Source: a virus
Lineage: Duplodnaviria > Caudoviricetes
IMG/VR virus record: IMGVR_UViG_3300017912_000615
Location: 1-28,007 of that record
DNA length: 28,007 bases
Reading direction: 5' to 3' (one strand)
Shown here: piece after piece, positions 8,160 to 16,907 of the stretch
Numbering within the stretch: position 1 is the stretch's first letter
Layout: the number at the start of each line of letters is the position of its first letter
The notes under the pieces: generated by a model
The model's database searches: none
Seen by the model: only the letters and a program-made list of their open reading frames with translations
What the model was told of the DNA's origin: nothing
Translations under genes and position numbers: made by a program

Positions 8160-10118
8160 ATGGCAGACGATTATAAATCAATGGGTTCCGTAGAGTTTGG
8201 TATGTCTCTACTAGACCAAACTAAAAAAGATGTTGCTCGTGAAAGAAAGAGAAGAGAAAAAATAGATAGAAACTTAGCTATTGGTAAATTTGTTACTTCA
8301 GGTTTAAGTAGTTATGTTACTGACCAATTCAATGCTTTTGAGCAAAGTCAGCAATATAAGAAAGCAAAACTTTTAGACATAGCTAATGGTAAAGCTGAAT
8401 ATGATAATGTCCAAAATGTTATTGATAATAACTTTGCTGGTAATTCAATGGACTACTGGACTAACTTTTACAGAACTCAACTAACTAGAGAGTTTGGTGA
8501 AGGTGGTATGTATTCTAATTATGAACTAACAGCTCCAGCTCAAGCTTTCTTAGTTAAACAGGCTCAAGAACTAGCAGCTAAAAGAGATAGTGAATGGCGA
8601 AACTTAGGTAAAAAGTATGCACAAATGCCTACTGATACTGCTCAGTTAGAAGAAAGGTGGAATGATTGGGTTGAAGAAAAAGCACCATCTAATGTTTTCA
8701 ACTGGGCTACTAGAGGTCTTAAAAACCTGTTTAATGGTAAGACTCAACAAGATATGCAAAAGATAGGTGAAGATGAATTACATTATAGATTCAAAGAGTT
8801 TGGTGATGCTGATGTAGCTCGAAGAGCTTATGACAAACTTTCCAACTCTGAAAACTTTTTAGAAATGTTTGAAGCAGCTGAAAGAGCTTATAAAGATGCA
8901 GGGAACGAAATAGACTTCAAAGTCTTAAAAGAATCTAGACCAGAGTTTGTTAGCTATAAAGTTCCTGTTCAAGGTGGCACAGCTACTAAACAATTTATGA
9001 GAACTACTGTTAAAAGAAATGGTCGTTATGAAGTTAGAAATGTTGAACTAGGCACAACAGCTTTTGAACCTAAAAAAGAAATACAGTACAAAGAACAAGA
9101 TTATAAGAGAATGAATGATACAGTAAAATCTCTTGTTCAGGGTGATGATGATTTTACAGCCATAGCTGAAGATTTAGGACTTGATGAAGGTAAGAATTTA
9201 AGACTACCAAATAATATTGCTCAAGAAATATTAGAGGTCAGTGAATCATTTAAACCTTACTTTAGTAGTAAAACTGCAGCTGAAACTTATGCTACTCAAT
9301 ATGTTTTAACTGAAAGACATAGTAATGGTAATCAACCAGTAGCTACTCAAGTTGGTAAGTTTGCAGTGTATCCTTATGTAAAAAATCTTGAAGGTCTTGA
9401 TAGTAATCAATTAAATCAAGTTTTCTTAGATATTACAGGTACTGAAGGTGCTGGAGGTTTATTAGAAGAAATAGATTATATTAATACAAACTTTGATAGT
9501 CAATACAAAGATAATGCTTATCAGTTTTTTACTAATGTTATTGACCTAGCTAATGTCAATGATGATGAAAGAGTAGAAGCTCTTAATTCCTTAAACAATA
9601 TTTTCTATGCTAATAAATCAGCTGATGAGATTGAAGACATTCAAGAAAGTCTTGGTGTTGATAGAAAGGATGAAAGTAAATTTGAAGCTCAAGACTTACA
9701 AGATGTTTTAATTCCAACAGAGGAAACAGTTGCTAATATCTACAGAACTAAGGTAGCTAAGCAAGGAGCTACAGCTAGAAGATATGTTGATTTCTTTGAT
9801 TACATTCCTCGACTAGACTTATCTATGTTTAGTGGTGTTGAATTAGATGCTTTGTATAACTTAGGTGTTAGAGGTATTAAAGAAAAATTAAATATCCCAA
9901 GTGAGATTGATTTATCTAAAACAGCTCTTCAAAGAAATAGTTTTAGAGAAGCTATTGAAGATGAGCTAAAAAAGAGAGAAAAAGAAGAAGGTGAAGCATA
10001 CATAGCTGGTTATAGTTATGGTGAAAAACAAAGAAGAAGCCAGTATATTGAAAGTGATAAACTTAGAAATAATTTCTGGAGACCTTTACTACAACTTATC
10101 TTAAAAGAAAATCAATAA
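8160..10118 (+). CDS. Putative internal virion protein (652 aa, predicted helical)
   Basis: Long ORF coupled to its neighbours with RBS GAGAGG. No recognisable catalytic motif; assigned by position. Confidence 0.55.
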   Translation: MADDYKSMGSVEFGMSLLDQTKKDVARERKRREKIDRNLAIGKFVTSGLSSYVTDQFNAFEQSQQYKKAKLLDIANGKAEYDNVQNVIDNNFAGNSMDYWTNFYRTQLTREFGEGGMYSNYELTAPAQAFLVKQAQELAAKRDSEWRNLGKKYAQMPTDTAQLEERWNDWVEEKAPSNVFNWATRGLKNLFNGKTQQDMQKIGEDELHYRFKEFGDADVARRAYDKLSNSENFLEMFEAAERAYKDAGNEIDFKVLKESRPEFVSYKVPVQGGTATKQFMRTTVKRNGRYEVRNVELGTTAFEPKKEIQYKEQDYKRMNDTVKSLVQGDDDFTAIAEDLGLDEGKNLRLPNNIAQEILEVSESFKPYFSSKTAAETYATQYVLTERHSNGNQPVATQVGKFAVYPYVKNLEGLDSNQLNQVFLDITGTEGAGGLLEEIDYINTNFDSQYKDNAYQFFTNVIDLANVNDDERVEALNSLNNIFYANKSADEIEDIQESLGVDRKDESKFEAQDLQDVLIPTEETVANIYRTKVAKQGATARRYVDFFDYIPRLDLSMFSGVELDALYNLGVRGIKEKLNIPSEIDLSKTALQRNSFREAIEDELKKREKEEGEAYIAGYSYGEKQRRSQYIESDKLRNNFWRPLLQLILKENQ

Positions 10119-10121
10119 ATT

Positions 10122-13100
10122 ATGGCAGTAACTAGAAATAGAAGATTACTTACTGGTAGTTTTGGCCCATCTGGTAAAGTTAATTACACTTTAGATGACC
10201 TTGAAAACGATGATAAGTTTCAAGGAGTCGCTGAAAGATTTTTAGAATCAGTTGGTGAGAACTCTGATGATATCTTTGAATACCTAAGAGATTCTGATTT
10301 TAATTTAGTATCAGGTATGGCAAGAGCTACTCAGTCTGGTAAATTTACTGACCAACAAAAAAGAGACTATGCTTATCTAAGAAGCATGTTTGACAAAGCT
10401 GATATGGGCAGTATGAAACAATATGTTGAACTTATCAAAGATGGTGCAGTCGATATGGTTACTGACCCTTTCACTATTGCTGCAGCCTTAGCAGCTCCTT
10501 TTAGTGGTGGTACTTCATTAGCAGCCCGTCAAGCTTTAGCAACAACTGCTCTACAGGGCTCAAAAGCTATTGCTACAAATAAAATAAAAGACATAGGTAA
10601 AGACCAAATTAAAAAGGCAACACTCGGTTCAGCAGCCATCGCTGGTAGCTGGACAGGTCTTGATAATCACTTTAGACAAAATACAGAAATAAATACAGGA
10701 CTAAGAAAGCTTTACTCTAATTCTGAAACAGTAGGAGCTACAGCTTTAGGTGCTGTTACTGGTGCTATCTTTGGTAATCTAGCTCAAAAGAATGCTTTAT
10801 ATAATAGTAAAGTTGGTCGTTTATATTCTAACGATGACTATCGTAGGACAGCTCCAGCTTTCTTTGAGATTAGAAAACAGATAGACACAGGACTTGCTAA
10901 GCTAGGGGGTTCTGCTGCTAGTATCTTAAATACTATGGCTGAAGTATCACCAACTGCTCGTAGATTAGGACAAACTTTTGTTGATGACTTTGAAAAGAAA
11001 TTAGCAGGTCCAAGAGCAACTAGGAGAATTGATTATAGCTTTGCTGAAGATTTAGATAATAGAAGAGCTGGTTACATTCAAGGCTTAGATGCAGCTTTAG
11101 ACTCTGTTAGAAAGACAGGTAATATATCACCAGCTGATGAGATAGCTGTTATAAGAATATTAAGAGGTGCTAAGCCGGAGACTAAAGATAATAAAATATT
11201 TTTATATGGTAAAGAAATATCACCAGAGGTTGTAGGTACTGCAGCTAAATTAAGAAAAGTATTTGATTCTGTTTACAAACATGCTGATGAAGCTAATATG
11301 GCTCCTGAGTATGTTGAAGACTGGTTTGCTCGTTCTTGGAACAGAGAAGCTATTGAAGCTGACCCTGAAGAATTTAAAAGATTACTAACAAAACAAAGAA
11401 CAAAAGATGGACAAAAATATAGAATTGTTGAAGCAAAAGAAGTAGATGATGTTGTTACTGGTATGCTCAACAAACAAGATGAACTATATGCTTCTCATTC
11501 CCACTTACTAGGACAGGCAAGAACTTTTAAGGACTTACCAGATAATGAGTTTGAAAAGTTTTTGACTAATGACTTGGTTGAGGTCTCAGCTAACTACCTT
11601 TTAAATGCTGCTCGAGCTATTGAAATAAAGAAAAACTTTTTAAGTGCTGGTAAGCCTGTGAAGCTGACAGGTAAAACTGCTGAAGGTAATCTTATTTTAT
11701 TTAAGCAATCTTTAGAAGACCAGTTTAGAGCACGATATGTCAATAAAATTAAAGAAGAAGTAAGAGCTGCTGGTGGTAGATTTACTGGTAACGATGAGAA
11801 AAAGATTGTTGATTTATTTAATTCAGTAACAGGTAATGTCAGCTACTACGGTGATACTGTACAGGCTTTATACGATGGCATGAAGTTAGCTAACTCAATG
11901 GCTTATTTGCCTTTAGCAACTTTATCATCTGTAACAGAGGCTATTATTCCTTTAGCTAAAGCCAAGCCTTCTAGTGCTGTTAAAGGAGCTTTTAACGGTC
12001 TGACCAAAGGACATAAAATATTTACTAAAGAGATAGGACAGATACTTAAAGATAAATATAAAATGTCAGATGACCAACTTATTCGTGAGATGAATAGTGT
12101 TTGGATTGGTGTTGATGAAGCTATGGGAGATGTCACTAACAGATTAGCTGGTGAAGGTCTACAAAATGAATTTACTAAAAGAATGGCAAAAGGTTTTTTT
12201 AGATTTAACCTTCTTATTCCTTGGACTAAAAGTGTACAACTTGCTGCTTTCTCAACAGGTAAAGATTTAATTTATGATAACCTAACAAAACTTAGAAATC
12301 TTGTTGATGATGGTATTAATGTTCTTGATGATGATGCTTTAATTAGAAAAGCCATAGCTGATGCACCTGATAAAGGTAGATTAAAAGGTATTATGGACAG
12401 TATTTCTAAGACAGGAGATAAAGATAATTTATCTAGAATCAATCATTTAAAGTCAGAACTATTTGAATTAGGTATTGATGTTGAAGATGGTTTAAGATGG
12501 ATGGGTCAAGGAGCTAAACAAAATGATAATTTCTATCGTCAGGTGGTGAGAGGTGCTGGTAGGTTTACTAACTCTGTCATCTTACAAACAGGCAGAGAAA
12601 GAGCTAAAGTTCCTACTTATATGTCTAACCCTAAGTGGGATATTCTAACTCAGTTCTTAAGATATCCTTATGTCTTTAGTAACACTATTCTTAAAAACTT
12701 TGCGAGAGATGCTATACAGAACCCGGGAGTTAATGCACCAAGAGTTGCAGCTTTTGGTTTGATGGCAACTAATGTAGCTTTAGCAACTAACTACTGGAGA
12801 AGTTCTGAAGCATATCAAAAACAAATAGATAGAGAAGGAGTTACTTACAGAGATGTTATCAAAGCTCTACAAAGAACTGGTATGGCTGGACCTATTGATA
12901 TGGGTATTAGATGGGGAGAGGCAAGTAGATATGGTAAGAATCCTTTAGTCTCAGCTGCTTCATTAGGTGGCCCTGTTATAGGTGATGTTGTCAACATGGC
13001 TATTTATGATAGAGGCTTGTTAGAAACCGGAGCTAGAAAGTTACCTCTGTATGGTAGTAAGAACTTAATTAAAAGATACACTGGTTTTGATTACGATACT

Positions 13101-14096
13101 GTTGTCCAAGCAGCTAAAAGAGCAGACGAGCCTATCAAAGAACAAAGAGATAGATTAGTTGAAGTATTATCTTTACCTTCAAGAAAGACATACTATAAAG
13201 GTGGCGATGTTTCTAAAGATGTTACTGATGTGACAGATAATCCAGCAAATAGAATTGACCCTTTGACTGGTTTACCTTATTCAGCTCAAACAGCTTTATT
13301 TACTACAGAGTTTGAAGAAAGACAACCATTTAATATTGGTGGTGGAGTAGGCAACACAGGCTATAAAGAACTTTCAGATAAAGAAGCTGAGCAGTTTAAA
13401 ATAAAACTTAAAGCTAATGCTTTTACACCTGAAGAAAAAGATAAAGTCTTTGGTACTTTGATAAACACTATGGATGAAAGCTTAAGACCTAGACAAACAG
13501 ATGATGCACCTAGATTAGAAGAATTAAAAGATGCTTTCATGGGAGCTGTTGAAAGAACTTTTCCAATCAAACAAGAAACAATTAAAGAAACAAGGCCTAT
13601 AAATTTAGAACCTACTATAGGAACTTCTAAAGCAACAGGTGAAAAATTAATAACTGAGGGTATCAATGATGTAGTTCAAAATGAAACTGTAAAAAAATTC
13701 TTAAAAGAAATAGCTTATGTTGAATCTAAATTTGGTAAAGATAAAAATACTTTTAGAGAAAAAACAAAAAGTGTTTTTCAAATTGATGAAGTAGCTTTTC
13801 AAGAACTACAAAGAAGATTAAATCCTGACACTAAGGTAGGAAAAAGTACTAGAGAATACAATGAATACTTAAAGATTAATAAAGGTATTGATTTAACGAA
13901 AGTTTCCTTTGATGATTTAAATAGACCTGATATTGGAGCAGCTGCATCTAGAGCTATACTATTAAGTTTCCCGGGAGCTATTCCAGAAACAAGGAAAGGT
14001 AGAGCACAATACTGGAAAGATAATTGGAATAAATCAGGAGCTGGAACACCTGAAAAATATTTAAAAGACTTAGAAAACGTACAATTTTTTGACTAA
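10122..14096 (+). CDS. Large internal virion protein (T7 gp16-like role) with a C-terminal lysozyme/lytic transglycosylase-like domain (1324 aa)
   Basis: Size, position and Ala/Gly-rich hydrophobic N-terminal segments. The C-terminal IAYVES...FQI...DLNRPDIGAAASR...YWKDNWN..GAGT pattern resembles the SLT/lysozyme-like fold, with a candidate catalytic Glu at 13722-13724. Confidence 0.65.
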   Translation: MAVTRNRRLLTGSFGPSGKVNYTLDDLENDDKFQGVAERFLESVGENSDDIFEYLRDSDFNLVSGMARATQSGKFTDQQKRDYAYLRSMFDKADMGSMKQYVELIKDGAVDMVTDPFTIAAALAAPFSGGTSLAARQALATTALQGSKAIATNKIKDIGKDQIKKATLGSAAIAGSWTGLDNHFRQNTEINTGLRKLYSNSETVGATALGAVTGAIFGNLAQKNALYNSKVGRLYSNDDYRRTAPAFFEIRKQIDTGLAKLGGSAASILNTMAEVSPTARRLGQTFVDDFEKKLAGPRATRRIDYSFAEDLDNRRAGYIQGLDAALDSVRKTGNISPADEIAVIRILRGAKPETKDNKIFLYGKEISPEVVGTAAKLRKVFDSVYKHADEANMAPEYVEDWFARSWNREAIEADPEEFKRLLTKQRTKDGQKYRIVEAKEVDDVVTGMLNKQDELYASHSHLLGQARTFKDLPDNEFEKFLTNDLVEVSANYLLNAARAIEIKKNFLSAGKPVKLTGKTAEGNLILFKQSLEDQFRARYVNKIKEEVRAAGGRFTGNDEKKIVDLFNSVTGNVSYYGDTVQALYDGMKLANSMAYLPLATLSSVTEAIIPLAKAKPSSAVKGAFNGLTKGHKIFTKEIGQILKDKYKMSDDQLIREMNSVWIGVDEAMGDVTNRLAGEGLQNEFTKRMAKGFFRFNLLIPWTKSVQLAAFSTGKDLIYDNLTKLRNLVDDGINVLDDDALIRKAIADAPDKGRLKGIMDSISKTGDKDNLSRINHLKSELFELGIDVEDGLRWMGQGAKQNDNFYRQVVRGAGRFTNSVILQTGRERAKVPTYMSNPKWDILTQFLRYPYVFSNTILKNFARDAIQNPGVNAPRVAAFGLMATNVALATNYWRSSEAYQKQIDREGVTYRDVIKALQRTGMAGPIDMGIRWGEASRYGKNPLVSAASLGGPVIGDVVNMAIYDRGLLETGARKLPLYGSKNLIKRYTGFDYDTVVQAAKRADEPIKEQRDRLVEVLSLPSRKTYYKGGDVSKDVTDVTDNPANRIDPLTGLPYSAQTALFTTEFEERQPFNIGGGVGNTGYKELSDKEAEQFKIKLKANAFTPEEKDKVFGTLINTMDESLRPRQTDDAPRLEELKDAFMGAVERTFPIKQETIKETRPINLEPTIGTSKATGEKLITEGINDVVQNETVKKFLKEIAYVESKFGKDKNTFREKTKSVFQIDEVAFQELQRRLNPDTKVGKSTREYNEYLKINKGIDLTKVSFDDLNRPDIGAAASRAILLSFPGAIPETRKGRAQYWKDNWNKSGAGTPEKYLKDLENVQFFD

Positions 14097-14248
14097 TGCT
14101 ACTATACACAGAAAAACAACTCGAAGAAGCTTGGCAGGAAAACTGTAAGGCTCGAGCAAAGCTATCAATACCTTGGCTAACTATCGAGGACTTCAGACCT
14201 ATCTATGAAGAAGAGATGGAGAAGTTTATGTTAGGAGAATATGACTAA
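14096..14248 (+). CDS. Small hypothetical protein (50 aa, MLLYTEKQLEEAWQENCKARAKLSIPWLTIEDFRPIYEEEMEKFMLGEYD), not in the ORF track
   Basis: Exactly fills the gap, with TAATG stop/start overlaps at both ends (14094-14098 and 14246-14250). Confidence 0.75.
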   Translation: MLLYTEKQLEEAWQENCKARAKLSIPWLTIEDFRPIYEEEMEKFMLGEYD

Positions 14249-14691
14249 TGGGTTTTCCATTTGAGATAATTACTATGTTGGCCTCCACAGTCCTTGGTGG
14301 GATTATGAGTGTCTGGGCTGAGAGTAGAAAGGCTAAGGCAGAACAACAAAAGCTTTTGATAACTCGTGGTGAGTTTGATATGAAGGCACGAAAACAAGCT
14401 ATTCAAGCTGGTTTAGCTGATAAAGGCTTTGCTTGGACGAGAAGAATCATAGCATTAAGTTCAGTCTTTGCTATTGTTATTTTACCTAAATTAGTAGCTA
14501 TCTACTATCCAGATGTCAGTGTGACTGTTGGTTATACTAACTGGAATCCGGGCTTTTGGTTCTTGAAAGAAGGTAGAGAAGTCTTTGAATGGATTACTTT
14601 TCAGGGCTTGGTAATAACACAACTAGATACTAACTTAGTCTCAGCTATTATTGGGATGTACTTTGGCGGTAGTTTAGTTAAGGGTAAATAA
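14248..14691 (+). CDS. Membrane protein with 2-3 hydrophobic helices, putative holin (147 aa)
   Basis: RBS AGGAG. Hydrophobic segments at the N-terminus, middle (IIALSSVFAIVILP) and C-terminus (LVSAIIGMYFGG), ending in a short basic tail. Confidence 0.55.
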   Translation: MGFPFEIITMLASTVLGGIMSVWAESRKAKAEQQKLLITRGEFDMKARKQAIQAGLADKGFAWTRRIIALSSVFAIVILPKLVAIYYPDVSVTVGYTNWNPGFWFLKEGREVFEWITFQGLVITQLDTNLVSAIIGMYFGGSLVKGK

Positions 14692-14978
14692 TGAATACTA
14701 ATCAATGGATGGAGATACTAGAGACTGTTGGGATTCCAGCAGCCTTTGCAGTTGCTGCCGGCTGGATGGTGTATAAACTATTCAATGCTTTGATAGCTGA
14801 CATCCACAAGAAACTAGATACCCAACATGGCATGATAGTAGCTTTAATAGACAGAATAAGACAAATAGACAATGACATAATAAGAATAGATACAATGTGT
14901 CGAACAGCTATGGGAGTCCCTGTAGATGTCGACAGACTAGCACGAGCAGATGGAAAGAAAGACCAACGAAAAGATTGA
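14691..14978 (+). CDS. Single-TM plus coiled-coil membrane protein, holin-like or accessory to the csg cassette (95 aa)
   Basis: TAATG coupling. VGIPAAFAVAAGWMVYKLF transmembrane helix followed by a coiled coil (IDRIRQIDNDIIRIDT). Confidence 0.6.
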   Translation: MNTNQWMEILETVGIPAAFAVAAGWMVYKLFNALIADIHKKLDTQHGMIVALIDRIRQIDNDIIRIDTMCRTAMGVPVDVDRLARADGKKDQRKD

Positions 14979-14991
14979 GGAGATTATAGAA

Positions 14992-15447
14992 ATGAAAGCA
15001 TTAATAACAACATTTATAATAATGTTGCTAGGTGTTAATGGTAGCCTAGTGGCAGATGAAATTGTACATAAATTTAAGTCACCATCTTTTAGTGGTATCA
15101 ATACCTCAGCTCATTACCTTACCATAGAGAACCAAGAGTTCAACAGAAAAGCAGCCATCAAGGCTGAGATAAAAGCTTACCGAGAAGAACTAGAACGAGA
15201 AGCAGAGAACACAACATTAGCAAGATTTATTAGAAACTTAGAATCAAGAATATATGCCCAACTATCCAGACAGTTAGTAGATGCTTTGTTTGGCGAAGAC
15301 CCAAGTACTTTTGGTGTCCTAGAGTTGATGGGCAACACTATTGAATACAGTGTCAGTGATGATGGCACTATGATTACATTAAGAATTACAGATGCAGAAG
15401 GGAATGTTACAGAGATTACTGTTCCTATCGGTTCTTTTACTTTCTAG
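14992..15447 (+). CDS. csgF: Curli assembly component CsgF homologue
   Basis: Start moved to ATG 14992 (RBS GAGGAG at 14977-14982, followed by a signal peptide). The mature N-terminus EIVHKFKSPSFSG matches the CsgF FxFxNPxFGG pore-binding motif. ARFIRNLESRIYAQLS and the C-terminal ITDAEGNVTEITVP also match CsgF, and the gene is adjacent to csgG. Confidence 0.85.
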   Translation: MKALITTFIIMLLGVNGSLVADEIVHKFKSPSFSGINTSAHYLTIENQEFNRKAAIKAEIKAYREELEREAENTTLARFIRNLESRIYAQLSRQLVDALFGEDPSTFGVLELMGNTIEYSVSDDGTMITLRITDAEGNVTEITVPIGSFTF

Positions 15448-16210
15448 TTGTACAAGTTGGCGACACTCTGATTTATTAGATGAGGATGTTCCCGGAGCTT
15501 ATTCAAAGAGACAAGCAAGTACCGTATTAGAATTACAGTCACAAGAATTATACAATTTACCAGCAGCTCGAGTGAAGCCGACTATTGCTATCTATCCTAA
15601 TAGTTTTACAGACTTGACAGGACAAAGAAAGAGCAACAGTACCTTTGCTTTATTTAGCTCAGCTATTACTCAGTCACCTGATGCGTTTCTGATTAGAGCT
15701 TTTAAACATGCAGCTGGTGGAGATTTTTTTACAGTTGTTGAACGAGTAGGTTTAGATAACCTCACAAAAGAACGACAAATAATCAGAACAACCCGTCAAG
15801 ACTTTGAGGATGAAAGAGAACTTAATCCTCTTATCTTTGCTGGGTTATTGGTACAAGGTGGTGTTATTAGTTATGACACTAACTTAAAAAGTGGTGGTCG
15901 AGGTGCAAGATACTTAGGTGTCGGACACAGTCGCCAGTATCGTGAAGACACAGTTACAGTTTCTTTGCGATTAGTTTCTGTTAATACTGGGGAAGTATTA
16001 ATGGAAGTGCTGACATCAAAGACTATTCTGTCTGTCGGAATATCTAGTGATGTCTTTAGATTCTACGAAGCTGGAACAGAACTAGTCGAAGTTGAATCAG
16101 GTGTAGCACAAAATGAAAGTGTTTCTATTGCTCTCCAAAAAGCGATAGAGACAAGTGTACTAGAAATAGTACGACAAGGAATAGAGAGGAGATATTGGAA
16201 TTATGAATAG
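15404..16210 (+). CDS. csgG: Curli secretion outer-membrane lipoprotein pore CsgG
   Basis: Lipoprotein signal with lipobox LSSC (start 15404 or 15392). Motifs DLTGQRK, FSSAITQ, VVERVGLDNLTKERQIIR, YDTNLKSGGRGARYLGVG and QYREDTVTVSLRLVSVNTGEV...KTILS are colinear with E. coli CsgG. Confidence 0.93.
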   Translation: MLQRLLFLSVLLLSSCTSWRHSDLLDEDVPGAYSKRQASTVLELQSQELYNLPAARVKPTIAIYPNSFTDLTGQRKSNSTFALFSSAITQSPDAFLIRAFKHAAGGDFFTVVERVGLDNLTKERQIIRTTRQDFEDERELNPLIFAGLLVQGGVISYDTNLKSGGRGARYLGVGHSRQYREDTVTVSLRLVSVNTGEVLMEVLTSKTILSVGISSDVFRFYEAGTELVEVESGVAQNESVSIALQKAIETSVLEIVRQGIERRYWNYE

Positions 16211-16907
16211 ACTAATTATATTATTAGCTTTCTTAGGCTTTATGGTAAAAGCCGACAATGAAATATACATCAATCAAGTTGGTGCTACGTTGAACTTAGA
16301 TGTTGAACAGCTAGGTAGCTCTAACCTTATTGGTGGTCTTGATACTGTCTCAGGCACTATGACACCATTAGAATTATCTGGTGGTTCAATGACCTTAGAC
16401 ATCAATCAACTTGGCGATTCCAACAAATTTATTGGCGACATTGTACTAGATTCACTAGTAGGTTTCTTTGAATTTGATGGCGACAGTAACAATTTTCAAA
16501 TCCAAGTAGACCCAACAGATACTTACAGTGCTGATGGCGGTAACTACTATGTTGATGTTACTGGTTCAAGTAATGACTTTGAATTAAATATTGCTACCGG
16601 TGCATTAGCAGAATACCTAGACTTAGACTGGGTTATCAATGGTGATAGTAACCAATTAGATTTTACTATTGATGTTGATAGTGCTACCTCTTATGTAGAT
16701 ATTGACGGTGATTCTAACATTGTTAATTATGATGGTAGTGGTTATGCTGATGGTTACTTTTATTTAGACCAAACAGGCAATAGCAGAACATTTAATATTA
16801 CACAAAGTTCTACCTTAGCAAGTGATTGGCTCAAGATTATTACTTCTGGTAATGGTGGTACTGTCTGCGTTATCCAAAACGATTCAGGCACAGCCACAAG
16901 TTGCTAG
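16203..16907 (+). CDS. Secreted curlin-like (CsgA/CsgB-like) beta-repeat protein (234 aa)
   Basis: Sec signal (…FMVKA|DN). Six G-[DS]-S-N turns preceded by alternating hydrophobic strands, some with the curlin Q-x-G-x-x-N signature (EQLGSSN, NQLGDSN). C-terminal Cys pair. Directly downstream of csgG. Confidence 0.7.
   Translation: MNRLIILLAFLGFMVKADNEIYINQVGATLNLDVEQLGSSNLIGGLDTVSGTMTPLELSGGSMTLDINQLGDSNKFIGDIVLDSLVGFFEFDGDSNNFQIQVDPTDTYSADGGNYYVDVTGSSNDFELNIATGALAEYLDLDWVINGDSNQLDFTIDVDSATSYVDIDGDSNIVNYDGSGYADGYFYLDQTGNSRTFNITQSSTLASDWLKIITSGNGGTVCVIQNDSGTATSC

Noticed and set aside
288-13666. Short nested or antisense ORFs (288, 307, 2721, 3829, 4654, 5886, 7948, 11273, 11903, 13361)
   Set aside because: They overlap long, well-supported + strand genes and show shadow-ORF composition.
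14950-14991. Longer csgF start at 14950 (and the 25226 start for the 24744 ORF)
   Set aside because: Downstream starts (14992 and 25166) have clear RBSs, and 14992 places the signal peptide at the N-terminus.
14992-16907. Complete canonical curli biofilm operon
   Set aside because: No csgC, csgD or csgE, only one curlin-like gene with non-canonical repeats, and linkage to FecR and a cyclase instead.
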